In this document: positions 7,113 to 17,300 of the stretch, one piece after another
Numbering within the stretch: the first letter of the stretch is position 1
Layout of the letters: every line of letters starts with the position of its first letter
DNA from: Thermodesulfovibrionia bacterium
Lineage (GTDB): Bacteria > Nitrospirota > Thermodesulfovibrionia > UBA6902
Direction: 5' to 3'
NCBI GenBank assembly: GCA_947259735.1
Contig: CAMYNN010000001.1
Location: 114,515-178,514, forward strand
Length of the DNA stretch: 64,000 bases
Position numbers and translations under genes: made by a program
The notes under the pieces: model-generated
Databases searched by the model: none
Told to the model about the DNA's origin: nothing
What the model saw: the letters and a program-made list of their open reading frames with translations, nothing else

Positions 7113-8735
7113 ATGTCTTTATTCGGACTCCTCGATATCGGTAAGTCTGCAATTTTTGCAAGCCAGACTGCGCTGAACGCAATAAGCAATAATATAGCGA
7201 ACGTCAATACTCCAGGATACAGCAGGCACGAAGCAATTCTTAAAATAGCCAACCCGGTCCAGATAGACGGAAATGAAATCGGACGGGGTATCGGTGATGT
7301 CGACTTAAGAAGGCATCATGACAAGTTTATTCATCTTCAGCTTATCGGTCAAAATCAGAGCTATGGCAGGTCATATGCACTTGATCGGGGACTGAGCCAT
7401 GTTGAACAGATATTCAATGAAGCCCTTGACCTTGGACTCGCTACACCTTTAAAGGAATATCTTGATTCATGGCAGGATGTGTCAAATAATCCTGAAGATC
7501 AGGCCCCGAGAACAGCACTCCTGGAAAAGGCGAGAGCGCTTGTACAGACAGCACGGCAGATGGAAAGCTCTATTACGGACAATCTCAAGCAGATCAATAG
7601 TGATATCAATACCGTAGTGAGTGACATAAATGCCTTGACATCAAACATTGCTTCATTAAATGATAAGATTGCAGGGCTTGAGGCAGGCCTTACAAGCGAA
7701 GACGCCAGTTATTTAAGGGATGAAAGGGACAGACAGATGATTGCCCTTGCTGAACTTATGGATTACACCTGGTATGAGGACAGAAACAATCGGGTATCTA
7801 TACTTGCCGGCGGAAAGAGTCTTGTGAATGACCAGAATGCCTATGCACTATCAACCCAGGTCGATTTGGATGGAAAGAATAACGTGTATCTGAGAGGACG
7901 AGATGTAAGCTCTGTATTTCAGAAAGGTCAGTTAGGGGGATTAATCTCGGTCAGGGAGGATATAGAAGACAATTCACTCCATGATTTAAGGAAGCTGATG
8001 GCTTCCATAACTAAAGAAACAAATATGCTGCACAGTACGGGATACGGTCTTGACAGCACGACAAATAATGATTTTTTTAGTGCCCTTCAAATATCTACAA
8101 GAGAATATTCATCTGCAGGGTTTGTGGCATCTTCGACGGTAAATGATTATTCAGCGCTTACCCTTGATGAGTATGACATCAACTTTACTAATGCAGCAAA
8201 TTACGAAATCTACAACCGCCAATCGGGGGCTCTGGTTACGTCCGGCGCGTACACCGCGGGAAATACAATAAGCTTTGACGGGATTGATGTGGTCATTGAC
8301 GGAGCGCCGGCAGCGAGTGACAGCTTTCTTGTGAGTCCACTGAGAGGGGCTATAAGGAATATGAATGTTGCTCTCACAGATACGCTGAAGGTCGCCGCCT
8401 CATCTTCCAATGCAAGCCTCCCCGGGGACAATACAAAGGCACTCGAAATAATACAGCTGCATCAGAACGGGGTCTCCGATCTGAACACTTCAACCTTTGA
8501 AGGTTACTACCAGGGAATAGTTTCCGATGTCGCCATCACAAGCAGGGCGGCTCAGGACAGTCTTACCTATGACGATAACCTGAGGTTTGAACTGGAGAAA
8601 AAAAGAGATGCTGTATCAGGAGTAAACCTTGATGAGGAGGCTGCAAAGCTTTTGCAGTTTCAGCATATGTATGAGGCAGGTGCGCGAATACTCAGAGTAA
8701 CAGATGAACTTATGGAGACAATAATAAACCTATGA
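7113..8735 (+). CDS. flgK: Hook-filament junction protein 1 FlgK
   Basis: 540 aa. N-terminus MSLFGLLDIGKSAIFASQTALNAISNNIANVNTPGY and C-terminus VNLDEEAAKLLQFQHMYEAGARILRVTDELMETIINL are typical of FlgK. Confidence 0.9.
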   Translation: MSLFGLLDIGKSAIFASQTALNAISNNIANVNTPGYSRHEAILKIANPVQIDGNEIGRGIGDVDLRRHHDKFIHLQLIGQNQSYGRSYALDRGLSHVEQIFNEALDLGLATPLKEYLDSWQDVSNNPEDQAPRTALLEKARALVQTARQMESSITDNLKQINSDINTVVSDINALTSNIASLNDKIAGLEAGLTSEDASYLRDERDRQMIALAELMDYTWYEDRNNRVSILAGGKSLVNDQNAYALSTQVDLDGKNNVYLRGRDVSSVFQKGQLGGLISVREDIEDNSLHDLRKLMASITKETNMLHSTGYGLDSTTNNDFFSALQISTREYSSAGFVASSTVNDYSALTLDEYDINFTNAANYEIYNRQSGALVTSGAYTAGNTISFDGIDVVIDGAPAASDSFLVSPLRGAIRNMNVALTDTLKVAASSSNASLPGDNTKALEIIQLHQNGVSDLNTSTFEGYYQGIVSDVAITSRAAQDSLTYDDNLRFELEKKRDAVSGVNLDEEAAKLLQFQHMYEAGARILRVTDELMETIINL

Positions 8736-9616
8736 GAATAGCGACCGCTTCAATGTTTAATCAGCTGAACAGGTCTTTTCATAACAATCTGAGGACACTG
8801 TCCCGTTGGACCAATATGCTTGCGACGGGGAAAAAGATAAACAAGCCTTCAGACGATGTTACGGGAATGATGCGTTCCATGGATTACAGAGTAAGCATTA
8901 ACGAACTTCAACAGCACAAAGAAAATATCAATGAAGCAGAATCAAACCTGAGTTTTGCCGACACAGCCATGTCTTCAATGGAAGATGTATTATCGAGAGC
9001 ACGGGAACTGGCACTTCAGGCAGCGAACGGCACCCAGACACAGCAGAGCCGCGCTTCAATAGCAAAGGAAATCGGGAGTCTGAGAGATGAGGTTTTCCGA
9101 CTGTCCGGAAGCAGTTTTAAAAACAGACATATCTTTTCCGGATTCAAAACCGATACGTCTCCATTTGGGTCGGGCCCCGGGTTTAACTATCAGGGCGATT
9201 CAGGAGAGATTAAAGTTGTTATTGACGGGAATACCACAATGGCGATAAATATCCCGGGCGATCAGGTCTTCAGTGTCGGTGGAACAACCCATATGGAAAC
9301 TCTCGATACTCTATACAATGATCTCATGGCCAATAACCAGACAGGAATCGAGAATGCGATCACCGACATAGACAGTGCCTTTGACCAGGTAGCAAATGTC
9401 CGCGCTGACATAGGTGCGCGACTGAATCGTCTTGACAATCTCAAGAGCAGTATTGAGAACAGGGATTATACCTTAAAGGGATTTCTGTCTGAAACAGTAG
9501 ATACTGATATTGCCGAGGCCGTGACGGAAATTTCAAAAACAGAAGTAGCATTGGAGTCACTGAGACAATCGGGAGCTGATATCCTGTCCCGTTCTTTACT
9601 GAATTTCTTAAGATAA
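8732..9616 (+). CDS. flgL: Hook-filament junction protein 3 FlgL
   Basis: 294 aa overlapping the flgK stop. Flagellin-like N and C termini (RIATASMFNQLNRSF... ; ...ALESLRQSGADILSRSLLNFLR). Confidence 0.85.
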   Translation: MRIATASMFNQLNRSFHNNLRTLSRWTNMLATGKKINKPSDDVTGMMRSMDYRVSINELQQHKENINEAESNLSFADTAMSSMEDVLSRARELALQAANGTQTQQSRASIAKEIGSLRDEVFRLSGSSFKNRHIFSGFKTDTSPFGSGPGFNYQGDSGEIKVVIDGNTTMAINIPGDQVFSVGGTTHMETLDTLYNDLMANNQTGIENAITDIDSAFDQVANVRADIGARLNRLDNLKSSIENRDYTLKGFLSETVDTDIAEAVTEISKTEVALESLRQSGADILSRSLLNFLR

Positions 9617-9719
9617 TAGATGCCGCAGTTATCGAATGAATCTGCTTTGACTGGACAATAAACCGGGAAACAGCGTATTATGCAATAAAAAATAAGAGAG
9701 TACATTCAGGAGAAGCAGG

Positions 9720-9953
9720 ATGCTGGTGTTGACAAGGAAGTCAGACGAATCAATAAAACTTGGTGATGATATTACGATCACCGTTATTCAGATAAAGGGA
9801 AATACGGTCAGGCTGGGTATTGACGCGCCTTCAGACCTCAGAATTTACCGCAAAGAATTATTTGAGAAGATAAAGGAAGAAAACATGAAGGCTGCAAATC
9901 TTTTTATGGACGAATTTGCAAAAATTAACAAGGCGCTGAGGTCAAAGGAATGA
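9720..9953 (+). CDS. csrA: Carbon storage regulator / translational repressor CsrA
   Basis: 77 aa. MLVLTRKSDESIKLGDDITITVIQIKGNTVRLGIDAPSDLRIYRKEL is the canonical CsrA core. Overlaps the fliW start (ATGA). Confidence 0.9.
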   Translation: MLVLTRKSDESIKLGDDITITVIQIKGNTVRLGIDAPSDLRIYRKELFEKIKEENMKAANLFMDEFAKINKALRSKE

Positions 9954-10357
9954 AACTGAACACATCCAGATTCGGTGAACTGGAAGTAAATAAGGAGAAG
10001 ATCATTCATTTCCCTTCCGGTCTTGTCGGTCTGCCCGATATGAAAGGCTTTATTCTCATAGATCATAAAGATACCACGGTAAAGTGGCTGCAGTCCGTTG
10101 ACGACCCTGATATAGCATTTATCGTCATATCTCCCGATCTTGTTGTAGCGGAATACTCTCTTGAACTGGATAGCTCTGTAAAGAAGTTCATCGAGATTGA
10201 AAATGACGAAGATCTGGCTATTCTCGTAACCATGAGAGTTGATGGAGACGATGTTATCGCTAATTTTCAGGGCCCGATAGTGATCAATTCGCGGTTACTG
10301 AAAGGTGTGCAGGTAGTACTGGAAAAAGCGGATCGATCATATGCAGAAGTAATATGA
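9950..10357 (+). CDS. fliW: Flagellar assembly factor FliW (CsrA antagonist, flagellin-binding)
   Basis: 135 aa. FliW motifs (IIHFPSGLVGLPDMKGFILID, WLQSVDDPDIAFIVISP, NFQGPIVIN). The csrA-fliW-flagellin order matches the known partner-switch module. Confidence 0.9.
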   Translation: MKLNTSRFGELEVNKEKIIHFPSGLVGLPDMKGFILIDHKDTTVKWLQSVDDPDIAFIVISPDLVVAEYSLELDSSVKKFIEIENDEDLAILVTMRVDGDDVIANFQGPIVINSRLLKGVQVVLEKADRSYAEVI

Positions 10358-10574
10358 AATTCTTCTTTCGTGCCGCTGTGGATACTGATTATTAATTCCT
10401 TTCTGACGTTATTCATAATACAATCCTTGAAAGATTTTCCTGTACGATTTTGCATATCTAAATAATATTGAGATTTTTTAATGACTGTACCCTCTCCTTA
10501 ATATTCGCAATTACTTAGATAAATAAGGGTTTTTCTCTTACATGCTTGTTGGAAAAAAACTTTACAGTTTATCC

Positions 10575-10601
10575 TAAAGTTTTGCTTCAAAATGCCGATA
10601 A
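10575..10601 (+). promoter_or_regulatory. sigma-28 (FliA) promoter of the flagellin gene
   Basis: TAAA (10575-10578), spacer GTTTTGCTTCAAAAT (15 nt), then GCCGATAA (10594-10601), an exact consensus match. It predicts a 5' UTR of ~210 nt. Confidence 0.8.
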
Positions 10602-10739
10602 GTAAACTAAGAACAGAGAACGGAGACGGTCAAGAAAGGGGTGATGGAAAAAGAAAGGTGCAGAGCAGACATTTTGCAAAGCACAATAAATTGACCTAAT
10701 CCTTAGCATGAAAGGGCAGACATAAGTTTGCCAAAAAAA

Positions 10740-10819
10740 CGGCACGGAAGCCGAAAAAAGTCAGATGTCCGGACAGGAGAACGTCGAGAGACATATTGAC
10801 GAATATCAAGGAGGAAACC
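10740..10819 (+). promoter_or_regulatory. Putative CsrA-binding sites in the flagellin 5' UTR
   Basis: Hairpin CGGC-ACGGAA-GCCG (10740-10753) presents GGA in its loop. Further GGA motifs occur at CCGGACAGGAGAAC (~10769-10782) and in the SD AAGGAGGA (10808-10815). This fits the two-site CsrA repression known for hag-type flagellin mRNAs. Confidence 0.4.
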
Positions 10820-11665
10820 ATGGGACTAGTAGTTAACACCAACCTATTCTCTCTGAATGCTCAGAGAAACGTCAAGAACACTCAGAACAGCCTGGGAAGA
10901 TCTGTAGAAAGATTATCCTCAGGTCTCAGAATCAACTCTGCAAAGGATGATGCTGCCGGAATGGCCATCTCCATGAAACTCTCCGCCCACATCAGAGGTA
11001 TTAACCAGGCTGTCAGAAACGCCCAGGACGGCATCAGTGTTGTGCAGACAGCTGAAGGCGGAATGAACGAGATCCATAATATTCTCACTCGGATGAGAGA
11101 GCTTTCAACTCAGGCAGCTACAGGCACTCTGTCAACATCTGACAGGACAGCTCTCCAGACGGAGTTTAGTGACCTCAAGACTGAAATCACGAGAATTTCC
11201 GACACGACAGAGTTTAACGGACTGAAACTTCTGGACGGAACATTGAGCGCAAATGGTGTGTCATTGCAGGTCGGAATCAACAACACTGCCAATGACAGAA
11301 TTTCTGTAAGCGGCGGTTCATTGAGAGACATCAACTCATCAGCTCTTGGACTCAGTGCTACGGTGTCAAGTATAGACACAGCATCAAATGCACAGTCGAT
11401 GCTGGCACTTGTTGACAGTGCAATCGGAACAGTGTCCACGAGGAGAGGTAATCTCGGTGCTGCTCAGAACAGGCTTGGAAGTACAATCGCCAATCTGGAA
11501 ATTACAGCTGAAAACCTTTCGGCAGCAAACTCAAGAATTAAAGATGCTGATTTCGCAACCGAAACAGCTAACCTTACGAAGAGCCAGATAATTCTTCAGG
11601 CTGGTGTTGCTGTCCTTGCACAGGCAAATGTAATGCCGCAGTATGCGTTGCAGCTCTTAGGATAG
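10820..11665 (+). CDS. fliC: Flagellin (short, D0/D1-only type, 281 aa)
   Basis: The ORF track begins at TTG 10796, but ATG 10820 follows AAGGAGGA. N-terminus MGLVVNTNLFSLNAQRNVKNTQNSLGRSVERLSSGLRINSAKDDAAG and C-terminus TKSQIILQAGVAVLAQANVMPQYALQLLG are canonical flagellin. The central region is short and Ser/Thr-rich. Confidence 0.9.
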   Translation: MGLVVNTNLFSLNAQRNVKNTQNSLGRSVERLSSGLRINSAKDDAAGMAISMKLSAHIRGINQAVRNAQDGISVVQTAEGGMNEIHNILTRMRELSTQAATGTLSTSDRTALQTEFSDLKTEITRISDTTEFNGLKLLDGTLSANGVSLQVGINNTANDRISVSGGSLRDINSSALGLSATVSSIDTASNAQSMLALVDSAIGTVSTRRGNLGAAQNRLGSTIANLEITAENLSAANSRIKDADFATETANLTKSQIILQAGVAVLAQANVMPQYALQLLG

Positions 11666-11679
11666 GATCCCTTACGTTC

Positions 11680-11725
11680 ATCAGGAAGAGGGCAGGCGTG
11701 AGCCTGTCCCTTCCTGATAATTTTA
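11680..11725 (+). terminator. Rho-independent terminator after the flagellin gene
   Basis: ATCAGGAAGAGGGCAGGC-GTGA-GCCTGTCCCTTCCTGAT stem-loop followed by AATTTT. Confidence 0.7.
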
Positions 11726-11747
11726 AACGAAAGGGGTGAGGGAAAAT

Positions 11748-12110
11748 ATGATAAACGGCATTTTCAAACAAACTGGAATAGAGAATGTGCCTGCATCTGA
11801 AGTGAGGGGACGTAAAGATGTTCAAGCTGAAAGGGCGGAAGAGAAGCAGGAGAAAGCATATAATCAAGATGAGTTACTCACAGATGAAAAGATAGATACA
11901 GAGCAGGCAGTTCAGAAAATAGTCAGTGCAGCAAAATTTTTTAATAGGGAAATTCGTATGGAACTCGAGAAAGACCTGAACATGATGATTGTGAAAGTAG
12001 TTGATGGCGAAACAGACGAAGTAATACGGCAAATACCGGCTGAGGAATTCATTGAGCTTTCAAAAAATGCGAAAAACTTAAAAGGTCTGCTGATAGACAA
12101 GGAGGGATAG
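11748..12110 (+). CDS. flaG: Flagellar protein FlaG
   Basis: The ORF is open from GTG 11736. ATG 11748 follows AAGGGGTGAGGG. FlaG-family C-terminus (FNREIRMELEKDLNMMIVKVVDGETDEVIRQIPAEEFIEL). Sits between the flagellin gene and fliD. Confidence 0.75.
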   Translation: MINGIFKQTGIENVPASEVRGRKDVQAERAEEKQEKAYNQDELLTDEKIDTEQAVQKIVSAAKFFNREIRMELEKDLNMMIVKVVDGETDEVIRQIPAEEFIELSKNAKNLKGLLIDKEG

Positions 12111-13481
12111 ATGTCGAGCTTTACCGTAGGAGGTTTGAGCACAGGGGTAGACTACAATGAATTGATTGAAAAGCTCATTGAAATTAAGCGCAGGCCGATT
12201 CAGATATTAGAGAGCAAGAAATCATCATATAATGATAAATTGTCATCCTACGGTGAACTCTCATCAAACCTTTCAGCCCTGAAGAGCTCTGCTGAAAAGC
12301 TGAAAACAACATCCAGCTTTTATGTGAAGACTGCCTCCGTCAGTGATGAAGATGTTCTTGACGCGAGCGCAACCGGTACTGCTTCGAGTGGAAATTACTC
12401 CATATCGGTGACCTCTCTCGCTTCAGAAGAAAAGCAGGTGCATAACGGGACAGGGCTGACTGCATCTTCTGATGTTGTCAATAACAGCGGCAGTGACAAG
12501 ACCTTTCAATACACCTATGCGGGCACGCAGAGGACACTCAGTGTTGCAGATGGATCAACGCTGGATGATCTCAGGAATCTTATTATCGATGATTCTGATA
12601 ATCCGGGAGTGAACGCTACTGTTGTGAATGATGGAACGAACTATCGTCTTATTATTACAGGAAATGATACGGGGGCTGAAAATACCATTAGTGTTGATGC
12701 CGGAACAACTCTGGATGGTAACGGAGGTACCGTAAACTTTACGGCCGGTGCATTCGAAGAGAAAAAGACAGCAAAGGACGCTGACTTTACTGTTGATGGT
12801 CTGCAAATCTCAAGGAGTACAAATGCTATCGGAGATGTTATAGAAGGCGTCACATTAAACCTGAAAACGGAAAATTCCTCAGCGATAGTATCAGTGTCCG
12901 CGGATAATGACGCCATAAAGGAGCAGATAGAAGGATTTGTCACCGCCTATAATGATATGATGTCATTTTTTTCAACGAACATGTCATACGACTCTGAAAC
13001 GGAGGAAAGCGGTGCCCTCTCAGGTGAATCAACGGCCCGAAATATACAAAACAGGTTGAGGAGCATCATATCAGGAAGCGTACAGGGACTGTCAGGAAGC
13101 CTGAGTGTGCTTGCCGAGATCGGTATCACAACAGACTATGAGACGGGCAACCTAAAAATAAACAGTTCAATCCTGGACACAAAACTTGGTTCCAATCTGG
13201 ATGATGTTGCAGACCTCTTTAAAGACGGCACAAATGGCATTGCAACGCAGATCCATACATATATACGTGATGCTACCAGTTCTGTAGACGGAGCCATCAC
13301 TCTCAGGAAAGACGGACTGCAGGACGTAATTGACAATATAGCAGATACGATAAAAGGCATGGAATACAGGCTGGAGAAAGCAGAGGTAGATCTGGTCCGG
13401 AAATTTACGGCACTGGAAACAACGGTAAGCAGTTTTAATACGATAGGTAACTTCTTGGGGAACTTTTCCGCAACAGCATAG
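12111..13481 (+). CDS. fliD: Flagellar filament cap protein FliD
   Basis: 456 aa. N-terminus GGLSTGVDYNELIEKLIEIKRRPIQILESKK and the C-terminal FliD region (…YRLEKAEVDLVRKFTALETTVSSFN). Confidence 0.9.
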   Translation: MSSFTVGGLSTGVDYNELIEKLIEIKRRPIQILESKKSSYNDKLSSYGELSSNLSALKSSAEKLKTTSSFYVKTASVSDEDVLDASATGTASSGNYSISVTSLASEEKQVHNGTGLTASSDVVNNSGSDKTFQYTYAGTQRTLSVADGSTLDDLRNLIIDDSDNPGVNATVVNDGTNYRLIITGNDTGAENTISVDAGTTLDGNGGTVNFTAGAFEEKKTAKDADFTVDGLQISRSTNAIGDVIEGVTLNLKTENSSAIVSVSADNDAIKEQIEGFVTAYNDMMSFFSTNMSYDSETEESGALSGESTARNIQNRLRSIISGSVQGLSGSLSVLAEIGITTDYETGNLKINSSILDTKLGSNLDDVADLFKDGTNGIATQIHTYIRDATSSVDGAITLRKDGLQDVIDNIADTIKGMEYRLEKAEVDLVRKFTALETTVSSFNTIGNFLGNFSATA

Positions 13482-13498
13482 GAGGCAAATAGATAGGT

Positions 13499-13891
13499 AT
13501 GGATATAAATGGTTACAAAAAGACGGTTCTTGCTAATACTGATGAAGTGCAGATTATTTTTATGCTCTATGAAGGAGCATTGAACCATTTAAAGATTGCC
13601 AGGAAGAAAATAGAAAACGGTGATGTTCTAACAAAGGGACATCATTTCTCAAAAGTAACTGCCATTATCAGTGAACTCTCTAATGTATTGGATATGGAAA
13701 AAGGGGGGGACATTTCAAAAAATCTTAGAAGCCTCTACGAGTACGTTCTGCAGCGACTCCTTTATGCAAATCTCAACAATGATATTCAGGCCCTTGAAGA
13801 TGCTCAAAAGGTTGTTCAGACAATCAGGGACGGGTGGCAGGAGATGATGCAGAAGATGAAAAATTCTGTAGAGGTCCATGCAGCAGTATAA
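13499..13891 (+). CDS. fliS: Flagellin export chaperone FliS (copy 1)
   Basis: 130 aa. The FliS four-helix signature (VQIIFMLYEGALNHLKIARKKIENGD ... NLRSLYEYVLQRLLYANLNND ... TIRDGWQEM). Confidence 0.9.
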   Translation: MDINGYKKTVLANTDEVQIIFMLYEGALNHLKIARKKIENGDVLTKGHHFSKVTAIISELSNVLDMEKGGDISKNLRSLYEYVLQRLLYANLNNDIQALEDAQKVVQTIRDGWQEMMQKMKNSVEVHAAV

Positions 13892-13964
13892 TGTCGTTTG
13901 TTAAGATGTTCCTTCCTAAGGATCAAAACCCCTCAAGCGTCATAATGTTGACGTACATCGAAAT

Positions 13965-13981
13965 AAATCTTCAGAAGATTT
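13965..13981. promoter_or_regulatory. Perfect palindrome AAATCTTC-A-GAAGATTT upstream of the island sigma-54 promoter
   Basis: 8+8 bp inverted repeat with a 1-nt centre, ~115 nt upstream of the -24 element at 14095. It is too tight for an RNA hairpin, so it is more likely a protein-binding site. No function demonstrated. Confidence 0.3.
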
Positions 13982-14093
13982 AAGAGAATCAATCTCCTCT
14001 CTTTAGATCCAGTCGCAAAAAAACGTTGTGAAGTTAATAGGTTCCAATGTTTCTCTGATATCCCGAGATTAGTCTTTGCATCGTAACCGTATC

Positions 14094-14109
14094 TGGCAAA
14101 GTAATTGCA
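14094..14109 (+). promoter_or_regulatory. sigma-54 (-24/-12) promoter upstream of the 1798-aa gene
   Basis: TGGCAAAGTAATTGCA has GG 14095-14096 and GC 14107-14108 (TGGCA-N6-TTGCA). It lies ~190 nt upstream of ATG 14301. Confidence 0.6.
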
Positions 14110-14300
14110 TTTTGATGTCAGGAATAACTTTGGAATATGAACGGGTCGGTAAGAAGGACATGCACGAGAGCATTTATAAATATAACGTGTCTTTTGCCAC
14201 AGGACATGCAGCTGGAAGGCGTACCACTCCAGCCCAGCAGGTGAGGGAATATTATTGCAAGACAGAATTGTGGCAAGAGAACGTATAAAGGGAGTAACGA

Positions 14301-17300
14301 ATGCTGACCATCATTGATCCGGAATTTATTTCAAAAGAAGAGGAGATTCTAGATGAACTGAAAAGGAATGGACTTAACCATCTCACCGGCAGTCCTGCAC
14401 TTGGCTGGAATTATGTAATAGACCATGTGTGGATCACCATGGAGATGCAGAAATTTCTTGCCGATAAGCGGGGCAGGGAGTTAGTGATCCTGGATGTGGG
14501 CTGCGGCAGATCAAAATTGCATAATTTCCTGGAAAAGAAATTCAACATCAGCATACTGGGCATTGACCGGCCTTATGGCTATTGTCATCAGAATAAAACG
14601 GACAATGTCGACTATTATGAAGACTTTCTGGAGATGAACAGTTTTGATGAAAATTCTGTTGATGCCATTTTCTGGCTTTCGGCTATTGAGCATAATGAAC
14701 CGGAAAAAATTCGTGAGCTCTATAAAAAAAGTATGGCATTACTGAAAGATGGCGGTCTGTTTCTGGCTACGTTCGCGTTGTCTGACAAGACAAGCTGGCT
14801 TGAAGCATCTCAGCAGACAAACTTAAGTATTCCTGACAGTATGGACATTTTTGATGAGAAAAGCGTTCAGCATACACTCGATGAAATAAGAGAAAAATAC
14901 AGGGCAAATGTTCTTTATTTACGTGATAAATATCAGAAAAGATATCAGAAATTCAATTGCAATGATCCTGAATTTGTTGTAGGCGGTATAAAGAAAATTA
15001 AAACTGCAACTTCTGCCGATGAAGTCCCGTGTCATGATGCACAGGAAAAGAGCCGGGACTATCTGTATTTATTTGTTCCATCAAATGATACGCACGTTCA
15101 TTTAATGAATCCAGTGGCACAAAAACTGGAGAGTGCAAAATTCATGATATTCGAGACAAGGCAGGAGAATGCAGAGTATTATCTGAATAAACTGGGACAT
15201 GAATATTTCAAGTATCAGAACGGAATCCTTCGCTCCATAAATCCTTCTGTTGTAATTTTTGCCAATGATTGGGGCCCGGAGGAAAGACAGTTAGTGAAGG
15301 AAGTGAAATCCCTTGGCATACCTACTGTATGCCTGCAGGAGGGCTGCCTGGACTTTATCGATACCAGTATTAACAGGATGATGCATGCAGATTACGCATT
15401 TATGCAGGGTCCGCTAATGAAGAAGTATATCAGACGGAGCGATAATGTCATTATTACCGGCAATCCCAAGTATGATTCAATGAACGATCTTCCTCTCCCG
15501 GATAAACCTGTGGTACTGATTAATGCGAACTTTACATACGGCATTTATGAGGATATTCGCGATCAATGGGTCGCAGATGCCGTGAGCGCATGCAGAGGAT
15601 TAAACCTTGACTTCTTTATCTCACAGCACCCGAGAGACAGGGGGGAATTCCCGGTTGATTATCATGCAGTGAGATCCGACGCCTTTAAGCTTAAGCCGCA
15701 GATTGAAAAATCATCACTCATTTTAACAAGATTCAGCACAATAATTTATGAAGCGGTAATACAGGGAAGGGGGGTTGTCTATTACAATCCTCACAAAGAG
15801 CCCTTCAGGATATTTACAGAGGATGATACGGGGGCAATAGAAATCGCCAGTTCCAGAACTGACCTCGCAGAGGCAATAAAAAAAGCACTGGAAGGCCTGG
15901 ATCATAAGAAAGAAGAGAGAGATTCTTTTATTCTCAAGCACTGCAATACAGTGGACCATGATGCATCTGAAAAGTGTGCTGAACAGTTGAGGTTAATAGC
16001 TGAAACCGACGGAAGGAGCACTGGAGATGCGAAGCAGCAGAACCTGAGAGATGACGAGGACCACGAAGTTATGGTGTCAGTAATTGTTCCAACACATAAC
16101 AGACCGGAAATGGTGGCGGATGCTGTCAAGAGTGTACTTGATCAGAAGTATAAAAATTTCGAGCTTCTTGTTGTAAATGATGCAGGGCCAGACATTGAAC
16201 CCATTATTACTTCAATGAACGGGAAAAGCAATATAACTTACGTCAGACATTCTGTAAACAGGGGGCTTGCGGCGGCCAGGAATACAGGGATTAAGCTGTC
16301 GAGAGGGAAATATATCGCTTATCTTGATGATGATGATATTTTCTATCCTGACCATCTTGAAACACTCGTACACTACCTTGAAAACAGCGATCATAAAATT
16401 GTTTATACCGATGCTCACAGAGCCCATCAGGTCAAGGAAAACGGACAGTATGTTACCCAAAAAATAGACCTTCCCTATTCACAGGATTTTGACTATGACC
16501 AGATTCTGGTATCGAACTTTGTGCCTGTCCTCTGCTTCATGCACGAAAAATCATGTCTCGATAAGACAGGATTATTTGATGAATCTCTCCCCGTTGTGGA
16601 AGACTGGGACCTTTGGATTCGTATGTCCAGGTTTTATGAAATGCCTCATATCAAAAAGGTCACTGCGGAGTTCAGGTCACGGGATGACGGTACGTCAATG
16701 ACGAGTAAAGGTATGGAAGCTTTCTATAGAACCGGTATTGCTGTACATAAAAAATATCGAGATTACGCAAAAGACAAACCCCATGTGCTGGATGCTCAGA
16801 AGCGTGCATATATGATGTATAACCTGGAAATGATATCTCATAATTCTCCCGACAAGGGAAATGATTTGAATAACAGAATCAAACTGGCAGCTACATTCAT
16901 ATCAGAATCTAAATTCTTACAGGCAATAGATGAGTATGCTGAGCTTGCAAAACAATACCCGGATATTGAAGTGTTCTACGCAGTATTATGTGACCTTTAT
17001 TCCCTGGAGGGCAGGAGTGATATCCCGGGAGAGTGGGTAACGCGTACCATCATGTTTGATCCCAGTTACTCTGACAGTTTTATTGATATGACCGCCAGGC
17101 TGATTGAAGATAAACAATATGCAGATGCGGAAAAGATTCTGACGGCTGTTGAAAAGGCCAGCACTGATAACTGTGAAGTGCTGGACACACTCAATTCACT
17201 CCGCTCAGAAATGATTGTACAGAGCGATACAAAGAATAATAAAAGAGCAACGATGAATGAAAAGTCAGCAGGACACGACATTAAGGGTATGGCATCAATC

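Noticed and set aside
14076-14288. 70-aa + strand ORF just upstream of the 1798-aa gene.
   Set aside because: It overlaps the sigma-54 -24/-12 element (14094-14109), has a non-ATG start, shows no family resemblance and lies in the expected 5' leader. It is most likely non-coding.
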